NCBI GenBank assembly: GCA_030668825.1
Contig: DAOVET010000015.1
Location: 135 to 24,134 of the forward strand
DNA length: 24,000 nucleotides
Source of the DNA: Candidatus Heimdallarchaeota archaeon
Lineage (GTDB): Archaea; Asgardarchaeota; Heimdallarchaeia; Heimdallarchaeales; Heimdallarchaeaceae
Direction: 5' to 3'
The notes beneath the pieces are model-generated. The model saw nothing but the letters and a program-made list of their open reading frames with translations, was not told where the DNA came from and did no database searches. Positions 9,317-16,140 of this stretch are shown here, one piece after another. Both the position numbers and the translations under genes were made by a program. Numbering within the stretch: position 1 is the stretch's first letter; every line of letters starts with the position of its first letter.

Positions 9317-10726
9317 GTGTTATGTTTGCCGGCAATATCTAGTTGTAGCTTTTGTAGTAGTCCAGCACAATACTATTGTAAGTCATGTAAGAGAAAACTT
9401 TGTACTGAACATATTCATATATCAAATACAGTATACTTTTGCTCAACTTGTGAAACTGAGAGCCTTGATTCAAAATGTCATAAATGTGGTTCAGCTACAG
9501 AATTTTCCAGAAATGAGCCTACTAATAGCTGTGAATGGTGTAGATCAATAGATGTGGAAGATGGACTTCTTTATCATCAACAACTTCCACATTTGATATT
9601 TTCTTCATTTACTCTGTTGAACAAGAAGCTTGCACAAGTGTGGGATCTTACTCAGAAATATCTTGAAATTGTTAAGAACGTCTTTGAAATGAGAAAAGCG
9701 AAAATTATGCTTTTTGGTGATGTGGAAGATGAAATTACTTTACTTAGAAGCAAAATTTCAATATTCATTGATCAACTTGTCAAATTTGAAAATGATACTT
9801 TTGCAATGGTTGATGAGAAACTACGTGCAATCGGATATATGCGATTTACAAACGTGGATAACATAGAAAGAGGGGAAGAAATTCTTAATTTGCTTCAAAA
9901 TAGATTGGATTTACTTGATACAACCATAAAGTCAAAGTTTAATGAGATGGATGAAGATTTTCAAACCCTTAATCAAAAAGTAGATTTTCTTGGTTTTCAA
10001 TTTCGTTTGTTAAGTAAGATTTATCATCTCCTACCTGAAGACAAAGAAGAACATCTAATTTCTATTCTTCCACGGATTTGGCTAAAGAAGAACACTAAAT
10101 TACCAAAGAAATATCTTGTTGTTCTGACTAGTAAGAATTTATACTTGCTCCGAGAAAAGGGTTTGTTTAATGTTAGATTAAAAACAAAAGAAACCATAAG
10201 CTTGTCGTATATTATAAACAAGCAATATATTTCCAGATTATTATCTCGCAACATGTTTCGCTTCAAAACCAGATTAGATTCATATTCATTTCTTGGAAGA
10301 AAGAAGAGCCTTGAACAATTTATGATTTATTTTGAAATCATCGAAAATTACATAGATTATTCAATTCATAAATCCTCAATAATTGAAGACCTCAAGTACT
10401 ATTCACTCACTATTAATGAATTAAAAACCAACATACAAAGAAATGTAAGTCACCTTCGTGCTTATTTGCTTAATAAACGTGAATTGAAACGCGAATTATA
10501 CTGGAGAGAAGGACAAGATGCGAGATTCAAGAAACTGTTTGAGCAACTACTAGCTGTAGAACGAAAGATACATCGATTAAATGAAACCAGAAGGTATGGT
10601 TCTCGAGGTACCAAAGGTATAGATGGATTATTAAGGAAACTAACCAGTGAACATCATAGGCTCAAACGACATTTAGATGATATTCAAAGAAAAAGTGAAG
10701 AATTTGATGACATGTGGGAACTTTGA
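9317..10726 (+). CDS. Hypothetical multi-zinc-finger / coiled-coil / PH(GRAM/GLUE)-like domain protein
   Basis: GTG start. The N-terminus has C-x2-C-x7-C-x2-C-x4-C-x2-H-x-H followed by three further CxxC pairs (aa 10-75). Aa about 90-245 and 350-469 look like coiled coil. Aa about 248-345 (KKYLVVLTSKNLYLLREKG...ISLSYI...NMFRFKTRLDSYSFLGRKKSLEQFMIYFEII) has the beta-sandwich-plus-C-helix pattern of PH-like domains. Function unknown. Confidence 0.6.
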   Translation: MLCLPAISSCSFCSSPAQYYCKSCKRKLCTEHIHISNTVYFCSTCETESLDSKCHKCGSATEFSRNEPTNSCEWCRSIDVEDGLLYHQQLPHLIFSSFTLLNKKLAQVWDLTQKYLEIVKNVFEMRKAKIMLFGDVEDEITLLRSKISIFIDQLVKFENDTFAMVDEKLRAIGYMRFTNVDNIERGEEILNLLQNRLDLLDTTIKSKFNEMDEDFQTLNQKVDFLGFQFRLLSKIYHLLPEDKEEHLISILPRIWLKKNTKLPKKYLVVLTSKNLYLLREKGLFNVRLKTKETISLSYIINKQYISRLLSRNMFRFKTRLDSYSFLGRKKSLEQFMIYFEIIENYIDYSIHKSSIIEDLKYYSLTINELKTNIQRNVSHLRAYLLNKRELKRELYWREGQDARFKKLFEQLLAVERKIHRLNETRRYGSRGTKGIDGLLRKLTSEHHRLKRHLDDIQRKSEEFDDMWEL

Positions 10727-10750
10727 GAACTTAATATGGTTCTTATCCAC

Positions 10751-11131
10751 TTAATTCTTCCATACTTTAAGAAACTCAGGCATTATCTCAAACTTTACAA
10801 TTGGGATGCTTAACCATTTAGGATCTGTAGCATCATTAGAGAATTCAATTGTTTCATCTGTTGCTGTTTTATACCTTAAGAATGACTTTGTAGGCATTTC
10901 TTCTTCAACAGTCCACAGAATTATTGGAAGTGCATTAAGTTCGTAATATCCTAAACTTGTGTTAAAAACGAAGTATATTGTCCTATCAGCTTCCTCAAAA
11001 TGACCAATATATCCCGCAATTCGGTCTGGGCCAACACTGGAAATAACTAATCTAACCAAATCTTTCAAAGATGCTAGTTTGATTCCAGCCGGTGGTTTTA
11101 GATTCTTAGTATTTTCTGCCATAGTAATCAC
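10751..11131 (-). CDS. Hypothetical protein (co-oriented, 27 nt downstream of atpK)
   Basis: 126-aa ORF with plausible coding composition and no motif I can recognise. Start is either GTG 11131 or ATG 11122. Confidence 0.5.
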   Translation of the reverse strand: MITMAENTKNLKPPAGIKLASLKDLVRLVISSVGPDRIAGYIGHFEEADRTIYFVFNTSLGYYELNALPIILWTVEEEMPTKSFLRYKTATDETIEFSNDATDPKWLSIPIVKFEIMPEFLKVWKN

Positions 11132-11158
11132 TGAAAAAAGGAAAGTAAAGAGAGGGAA

Positions 11159-11458
11159 TTAGAATACAAGTAGGATAGCTACTAGTAGACCATAAATAGC
11201 CACGGCTTCAATCAACACTATGAAGAGAAAAGCTTTTCCGAAAATTTCAGGTTTTTCCACAATAGCACCTATGGCTGCACTTCCTGCCATCGCCATTCCT
11301 ATGGCGGCTGCAGCTCCAGCTATACCAACTGCTAGAGCTGCAGCGATTGGGGTTAAATCTGGAGTTTGAGCTAAAGCTGTTTCTGAGGCAAGAATCACTA
11401 AACTTGTTATTATTGTCATAAATGCAAAATTTCTTTTAGATTTCTTTTGAAAACGCAT
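11159..11458 (-). CDS. atpK: A/V-type ATP synthase proteolipid subunit K (c-subunit)
   Basis: 99 aa. Gly/Ala-rich helix IAAALAVGIAGAAAAIGMAMAGSAAIGAIVEKPE, then a second helix FLFIVLIEAVAIYGLLVAILL with the ion-binding Glu. GGTG lies 8 nt upstream of the ATG. An extra hydrophobic N-terminal segment (MTIITSLVILASETALA) is present. Confidence 0.85.
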   Translation of the reverse strand: MRFQKKSKRNFAFMTIITSLVILASETALAQTPDLTPIAAALAVGIAGAAAAIGMAMAGSAAIGAIVEKPEIFGKAFLFIVLIEAVAIYGLLVAILLVF

Positions 11459-11580
11459 ACAATTACACCTATTTTATAAGACCAACTATCGTAGGTCAAT
11501 TTAAAAATTTCGGAAAGACAGCAAATCATGTTTTGAGTTAAAATAAATTCTGAAACAATACATATAATAACCACGAAAGC

Positions 11581-11588
11581 TTAAATAT
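11581..11588 (+). promoter_or_regulatory. Candidate archaeal TATA box (TTAAATAT) for the ESCRT-III operon
   Basis: AT-rich TATA-like octamer about 32-39 nt upstream of the 11620 ATG, preceded by a purine-rich CGAAAGC (BRE-like). Sequence pattern only. Confidence 0.3.
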
Positions 11589-11619
11589 GAATATACAATA
11601 ACTAAACGCAGTGATTTAG

Positions 11620-12234
11620 ATGTTCCGTGACTTTATGGGTTGGCTTTTGGGTACAAAGAAGAGTCCTCGTGACCACATAATTAATCTTCGATTAACTGTA
11701 AGAAGATTAGAAAGAGCACAAAGGAAACTTTCTCGAGATGAATCCAAGATGCAGTTGAAAATGAAACAAAACATCCAACGAGGAGATTTGGAATCTGCAA
11801 GATTATTTGCTACTGATATTGTACGCAACAGAAGATGGGAATTTGGTTATCAGAAACTAGTCTCGCGTATGAATGGTCTAATCTTTAAATTAGAACGAGC
11901 TGATACAGCAGCAAGCATGGCTGAAGAAATGCATGGTATTGCTTCTGCTTTACGAACAGCAAATGCTCAATTACAGATTCCAGATTTAGATAGAGTTATT
12001 CAAGATATGGAAAGTTCAATTGATGGAATCGAAGAGTCAACAGGAACAATTGAAGATGGTATTGACGATTTACTAATTGCTGATACTGATCCAGCTGAAG
12101 TCGATAGATTAATTGAACAAACAGCTGCTGAATTAGGTGTTTCCACTCAAGCTGGATTACCAACAGTTGGTGTAGTGCAAACAGATGATTTAGAGGACGA
12201 AATCCAGAAATTAAGAAGAAGAGAAGAGGATTAA
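11620..12234 (+). CDS. ESCRT-III subunit, Vps2/Vps24/Vps46 (CHMP1-3)-like, with C-terminal MIM1-type helix
   Basis: 204 aa. The basic N-terminal hairpin ...RRLERAQRKLSRDESKMQLKMKQNIQRGDLESARLFATDIVRNRR parallels CHMP2 ...ELDRERQKLE..EKKIIADIKKMAKQGQMDAVRIMAKDLVRTRR. Acidic C-terminal half. The terminal DDLEDEIQKLRRRE parallels the CHMP2 tail DLEERLKNLRRD (the MIM1 consensus as I recall it is (D/E)xxLxxRLxxL(K/R)). Confidence 0.9.
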   Translation: MFRDFMGWLLGTKKSPRDHIINLRLTVRRLERAQRKLSRDESKMQLKMKQNIQRGDLESARLFATDIVRNRRWEFGYQKLVSRMNGLIFKLERADTAASMAEEMHGIASALRTANAQLQIPDLDRVIQDMESSIDGIEESTGTIEDGIDDLLIADTDPAEVDRLIEQTAAELGVSTQAGLPTVGVVQTDDLEDEIQKLRRREED

Positions 12235-12247
12235 AAGGTGAATAAAA

Positions 12248-12901
12248 ATGGTTAAGAATTGGCTTTTTGGAAAAAAAAGAAAAGAAGATGCTGATGCATT
12301 ATCTACACTCAAAGGACAACAAAACAGATTACAAGCAGAAGCTAGAAATCTTGAAAGGCAATCAGATGAACAGAAAATCTTAGCCTCAAAAATGCTCAAA
12401 GCTGGTAACAAAGCTGGAGCAAGACAAGCTCTTAAAAGAAGAGCTGTTTTCATGAAAAGGCTGAATACAGTTCATAACACAGGGATGAATTTACAAGCTC
12501 AGATAGATAGTATTCAAACAGCTACTTCAACCGCAGAAACTGTAAAAGCTATGGAACTTGGTACTAAAGTTGTTGGGGAGAAAATCAAAAGCGTTTCTCC
12601 TGAGAGAACAGAACGTGTTATGGATTCCGTAATGGAACAGAGAGATCAAATTGAAATGATGACTGAAGCTCTATCTGATCCAAGCTTATCTGAAGGTATT
12701 CTAGATTTTGAAGATGATGCAGCTATTGATGAGCAGTTAGCTCAATTAGAAGCTGAGATGGATTTAGGTACAACAACAAGCTTACCTGATGTTAGTGGTC
12801 TTCCTTCAACTCCTGTTGGAACAGGTGACAAAGAAGAAGATACATCAGAGCTTGAAGCTGAGCTTGAGGGATTAAAGAAGAAAATGAAGGAAGATAATTA
12901 G
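12248..12901 (+). CDS. ESCRT-III subunit, Vps20/Vps32/Vps60 (Snf7/CHMP4)-like
   Basis: 217 aa. KAGNKAGARQALKRRAVFMKRLNTVHNTGMNLQAQIDSIQTATSTAETVKAMELG parallels CHMP4 KNKRAALQALKRKKRYEKQLAQIDGTLSTIEFQREALENANTNTEVLKNMGYA. Acidic C-terminus. AAGGTGA lies 7 nt upstream of the ATG. Confidence 0.9.
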   Translation: MVKNWLFGKKRKEDADALSTLKGQQNRLQAEARNLERQSDEQKILASKMLKAGNKAGARQALKRRAVFMKRLNTVHNTGMNLQAQIDSIQTATSTAETVKAMELGTKVVGEKIKSVSPERTERVMDSVMEQRDQIEMMTEALSDPSLSEGILDFEDDAAIDEQLAQLEAEMDLGTTTSLPDVSGLPSTPVGTGDKEEDTSELEAELEGLKKKMKEDN

Positions 12902-12908
12902 TTCTTCC

Positions 12909-12929
12909 TTTTTTTGTATTTTTATTTTT
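12909..12929 (+). terminator. Oligo-T tract cluster (T7, T5, T5) after the ESCRT-III pair
   Basis: CCTTTTTTTGTATTTTTATTTTTG immediately follows the 12901 stop. Oligo-T runs are typical archaeal termination signals. The sequence suggests the ESCRT-III genes and vps4-vps25 are separate transcription units. Confidence 0.35.
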
Positions 12930-12990
12930 GTAAGTTCTTAAAATCCATACTATGAAAATTATCAATGTGTTATGAAACAAAATGAAACAT

Positions 12991-12999
12991 TTTATATTA
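12991..12999 (+). promoter_or_regulatory. Candidate TATA box (TTTATATTA) upstream of vps4
   Basis: TATA-like element about 28-37 nt upstream of the candidate starts (GTG 13027 or GTG 13036). Pattern only. Confidence 0.3.
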
Positions 13000-13026
13000 G
13001 ATAAATGGAATAAATAGATAGAGGTT

Positions 13027-14178
13027 GTGAATCACGTGTCTGCTCAAGGATTAATAGATCATGCAAGAGATTTTGCAGTCAAAGCTTATTCCTTTGATAA
13101 AGAAAAAAACTACAGTGAAGCTATTCCACACTATTTAGATGCTGCTGAAGCTTTAATGAAAGCCATAAGATTTGAAAGAAACCCTCAAGTTGCTCGTTCT
13201 CTCAAGAAGAAAGCCAATATGTACATTAGTAGAGCAAGGGAACTAAGGGAACTTCTAGAGAAGAGAAAAGAAAGGAAATCCACTGCAGGAAGTGATGAGG
13301 AGGAAAAACTAGAAAATGCTATATCTGATATAATCGTTACAGAGAAACCAAATATTACTTTAAAAGATATAGCAGGTCTAGAAACCGCAAAGCAAACCTT
13401 GAGAGAAGCTATTGTTTTACCTCTGATGCGACCTGATTTATTCTCTGGAGCAAGAAAACCTTGGAAAGGTATTTTGCTTTTTGGTCCTCCTGGTTGTGGT
13501 AAAACTCTTTTAGCAAAAGCAACTGCAGCTGAAGTAGAAGCAACTTTCTTCAATGTTAGTGCATCTTCAATCATTTCAAAATGGCTTGGTGAATCAGAGA
13601 AATTGGTTAAACAGCTTTTCGAATTAGCAGATGAAAAACAACCCAGTATTATTTTTATTGATGAAGTTGATGCTTTAGCCGGCGCCAGAGGTGGAGAACA
13701 TGATGCAATGCGTAGAGTTAAAACTGAGCTCTTAACATCAATGGACGGATTATCGAGTTCCGAAACTGACAGAATAGTTACTGTAGGTGCTACTAATATG
13801 CCTGAATCTATAGACGGAGCATTCAGAAGAAGATTCGAGAGAAGAATTTACATTCCTTTACCAGATTTACCAGCTCGTTCAGCTATTTTTGTTTTCAATA
13901 CCAGGGGTGTTGAACTAGCTGAAGATGCTGATTTCGAAGTTCTAGCAGAAATTACAGAAGGTTATTCAGGTTCTGATATAGCAATGGTATGTAGAGAAGC
14001 AATCATGACTCCAATCAGAGAACTTGATATGGCTGGAGCTATTGAAGATACTTCAGTAGCTGCCCGGTCAGTAACCCAAGATGATTTTCTTGAAGCAATT
14101 GAATCAATTAACCCCTCTGTAAGTGATGATGAAATAGAAAAATACGATAACTGGAATGAAGAATTCGGCAGCGCATGA
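13027..14178 (+). CDS. vps4: Vps4-like AAA+ ATPase with N-terminal MIT domain
   Basis: 383 aa. MIT-like three-helix N-terminus (AVKAYSFDKEKNYSEAIPHYLDAAEALMKAIRFE...ANMYISRARELRE). Walker A GPPGCGKT, pore loop KWLGESEK, Walker B IIFIDEVD, second region of homology GATNMPESIDGAFRRRFERRIYIPLP. An alternative GTG start at 13036 has better spacing to GAGGT (13021-13025). Confidence 0.95.
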   Translation: MNHVSAQGLIDHARDFAVKAYSFDKEKNYSEAIPHYLDAAEALMKAIRFERNPQVARSLKKKANMYISRARELRELLEKRKERKSTAGSDEEEKLENAISDIIVTEKPNITLKDIAGLETAKQTLREAIVLPLMRPDLFSGARKPWKGILLFGPPGCGKTLLAKATAAEVEATFFNVSASSIISKWLGESEKLVKQLFELADEKQPSIIFIDEVDALAGARGGEHDAMRRVKTELLTSMDGLSSSETDRIVTVGATNMPESIDGAFRRRFERRIYIPLPDLPARSAIFVFNTRGVELAEDADFEVLAEITEGYSGSDIAMVCREAIMTPIRELDMAGAIEDTSVAARSVTQDDFLEAIESINPSVSDDEIEKYDNWNEEFGSA

Positions 14179-14951
14179 TTCTAGAGGTTAAATCCATGTC
14201 TACCACTGAGAAGAAGAAGCCCAAGAAAGAGAGATCATCTGAAATAGATTTAAAAAAATTAAAAGATGAAAAAGAGATTTCAGATGAGAAATTAAAACTA
14301 ATTGAAGCCAGTATTAAAGGTTTGGAGATTACAGCTGAAGAATTGAAAGCTACTATGCCTGTTGATGCTGTTTTTATGAAAGAAGATCTCTCTAAAGATC
14401 AAAGGGCTATGCTTGAACTAGAATTTGAGGAAGAGCTTCCAAAATGGGTGAAGAGACCTTGGATGTATATCAAACCTAAGAAAACTGATCAAATTGAATC
14501 ATGGCTCCAGAGTTGGTCTGCGATAGTATTGGACTACTCCCGTATTTTTGTGATTCACATAATTAATATCAACGATTTGAGAAGTGGTCACCCCTTCAAT
14601 AACAAAAGTTTAGGTAAGAGATTAACCCTTGCACAGGTAAGAAGTATCATTGATCATTTAGTTCAACAGGATATTGCTCGTTGGTTAGATGAAAAAACAA
14701 AAACAAGGGCTCGCATTTATTGGAAATCAAATGAAGAATGGGCAGATGCACTATTAGACTTCATGCTAGATACTGGAAGAGTGGTTGAAATACACTCACT
14801 TTACGATTTAACTCAGTTGGAACAAAATTGGGGGAATTTGCCTGCTGATGATCTTATTATTGTGTGCGAAATGCTAGTAGAACGTAAAGTTGCTCGTTGG
14901 TTAAACAAAGAAAAAACAATAATTCAGTTTGAAGCTGATAAAGTGTTTTAG
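14175..14951 (+). CDS. ESCRT-II subunit Vps25-like (tandem winged-helix), with Lys/Glu-rich N-terminal extension
   Basis: The C-terminal ~170 aa WLQSWSAIVLDYSRIF...HPFNNKSLGKRLTLAQVRSIIDHLVQQDIARWLDEKTKTRARIYWKSNEEWADALLDFMLDTGRVVEIHSLYDL...LIIVCEMLVERKVARWLNKEKTIIQF aligns by eye with human VPS25 (LAAWCSLVLSFCRLH...PLFNNVKLQRKLPVESIQIVLEELRKKGNLEWLDKSKSSFLIMWRRPEEWGKLIYQWV...VFTLYEL). The ATG overlaps the vps4 stop (ATGA). An alternative ATG at 14196 is preceded by GAGGT. Confidence 0.85.
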   Translation: MILEVKSMSTTEKKKPKKERSSEIDLKKLKDEKEISDEKLKLIEASIKGLEITAEELKATMPVDAVFMKEDLSKDQRAMLELEFEEELPKWVKRPWMYIKPKKTDQIESWLQSWSAIVLDYSRIFVIHIININDLRSGHPFNNKSLGKRLTLAQVRSIIDHLVQQDIARWLDEKTKTRARIYWKSNEEWADALLDFMLDTGRVVEIHSLYDLTQLEQNWGNLPADDLIIVCEMLVERKVARWLNKEKTIIQFEADKVF

Positions 14952-14952
14952 A

Positions 14953-14961
14953 CTTTTTTTT
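14953..14961 (+). terminator. Oligo-T tract in the 15-bp gap between convergent vps25 and the EAP30 gene
   Basis: TAGACTTTTTTTTCTG lies directly after the vps25 stop. Oligo-T termination signal pattern only. Confidence 0.3.
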
Positions 14962-14966
14962 CTGAA

Positions 14967-15704
14967 TTATAGTCCCATTAAACCTGGAAACCAGAATTTT
15001 ACTCCTTCAGAATAGCTACGGTCAACTCTAGCTATGCTATTTTCTTCAAAGAATTTTAAACATCTATCTATTCGTTCTTCAGTCCAACTTGTTCTCATGA
15101 GTAAATCTTCCTTTGTAACAAAACCAACTCTGGATGCATAATTTAGAATAACATCATGGTCTGGACTAAACTCAACAGGAACAAATTCAACAATCTTCAA
15201 TCCTGAATCTAACACTCTATATGGTGGGATTAATTGAGTATTGATTAATTTCTCCAAGGATCGATACATATCATCAATTGAAACCATCCTCCCAGGACGA
15301 GTTTTATTTAGCTGTGTGAATAGTTCTCCGATTGCCATAATTCCACCGTTTTCTGATATCATCTGTTGCCCTATTTCAAGAATTTCATTAGCTAATACAT
15401 CAAAGAAGCCCTTTCCAGTAAGTTTATCTTTGAGAGTTGGAGTTTCTTTCCAGTCAAAACGTCCAATTTCGGTGGGTAATCCTAATTCTTCTCGCAGATT
15501 TGCTAATTTATCATAATAATCTTTATTTTCAGAGATCTTATCACCGTATTTTTTCTCAAACTTTTTCAGTTGTTTTTTGACTTCACTAATATTATTTACC
15601 ATCTGTTCTAATTCTTTAATCATTAGCTCTGCCGCTTTTACTTGAAAAGCTGACTTAATTTTGATCTTTTTCTCTATATCTCTTAAACCCACTTCTATCT
15701 CCAA
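14967..15704 (-). CDS. ESCRT-II subunit Vps22/Vps36-like (EAP30 domain)
   Basis: 245 aa. N-terminal coiled-coil helix, then FFDVLANEILEIGQQMISENGGIMAIGELFTQLNKTRPGRMVSIDDMYRSLEKL...LKIVEFVPVEFSPDHDVILNYASRVGFVTKEDLLMRTSWTEERIDRCLKFFEENSIARVD...KFWFPGL. This parallels human EAP30/VPS22 ([33 protein letters not shown]...VSQDDLIRAIKKL...YLIQSVPAELNMDHTVVLQLAEKNGYVTVSEIKASLKWETERARQVLEHLLKEGLAWLD...HYWLPALF). Confidence 0.85.
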   Translation of the reverse strand: MEIEVGLRDIEKKIKIKSAFQVKAAELMIKELEQMVNNISEVKKQLKKFEKKYGDKISENKDYYDKLANLREELGLPTEIGRFDWKETPTLKDKLTGKGFFDVLANEILEIGQQMISENGGIMAIGELFTQLNKTRPGRMVSIDDMYRSLEKLINTQLIPPYRVLDSGLKIVEFVPVEFSPDHDVILNYASRVGFVTKEDLLMRTSWTEERIDRCLKFFEENSIARVDRSYSEGVKFWFPGLMGL

Positions 15705-15761
15705 CCTTGTTATTGTCTAGGACTTATTTATATCTTCTCAAATTAATTGATTAAACAATTA

Positions 15762-16076
15762 TTATACAGTGTTTGATAATTTTAAAAGCCATTTCTTTAT
15801 CTTTTCAGTTAAAGAGCTACTCTCCCTTGGTGAAAGAAAAGCTGCAAGTTTGTTTTTATATTTGTTAAAATATGAATTATAGACATTCATCATTTCTTCA
15901 TGGATTTGCTTACCTTCTTCTCCTAAATTCTTGATTTCGTATGAAATATCTTCCAATTCCTCAAGAATATAGCCCATATCTATCTTTATCTCTATCATGT
16001 TGATTAATTCAAACATTTCTTTTCTAATGTTAACAAATATCTCGTTAATAGAGCTAGTTCTTTCCAAGTAATTCAC
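15762..16076 (-). CDS. Small helical hypothetical protein between the ESCRT-I-like and ESCRT-II-like genes
   Basis: 104-aa ORF (GTG start), Glu/Lys/Asn-rich and predicted helical. Co-oriented with and 64 nt downstream of the UEV-Vps28 gene. No recognisable motif. Confidence 0.5.
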   Translation of the reverse strand: MNYLERTSSINEIFVNIRKEMFELINMIEIKIDMGYILEELEDISYEIKNLGEEGKQIHEEMMNVYNSYFNKYKNKLAAFLSPRESSSLTEKIKKWLLKLSNTV

Positions 16077-16140
16077 CTAGTAACTTATATTAAAGAATGG
16101 AAAGAAAGGAATCTAGAACGTTTCAAGTCTTTTATTTACA

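Noticed and set aside
9344-9541. Calling the Cys-rich N-terminus of the 469-aa protein a RING E3 ligase
   Set aside because: The Cys/His spacing does not fit the C3HC4 or C3H2C3 RING consensus as I recall it. It is closer to B-box or zinc-ribbon patterns. E3 function cannot be asserted from sequence inspection, so it is kept only as a hypothesis.
10751-11131. 126-aa ORF downstream of atpK as ATPase subunit E (the canonical neighbour of K)
   Set aside because: Subunit E is a longer protein with a long N-terminal coiled-coil helix. This ORF looks like a compact alpha/beta protein with no such helix, so it is left as hypothetical.
13185-13574. 129-aa ORF antisense to the vps4 AAA domain
   Set aside because: It lies entirely inside, and opposite to, a gene with unambiguous Walker A/B and SRH motifs. 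Its Ser/Phe/Leu-rich low-complexity composition is typical of the shadow frame of a Lys/Glu-rich gene.
11620-14178. Interpretation as a crenarchaeal-type Cdv (CdvA/B/C) cell-division locus
   Set aside because: There is no CdvA-like gene. The two Snf7 proteins resemble the two distinct eukaryotic ESCRT-III clades by eye rather than CdvB, which needs phylogeny to confirm. The locus also contains Vps25, EAP30, Vps28/UEV and ubiquitin/E1 genes, which Cdv loci lack.
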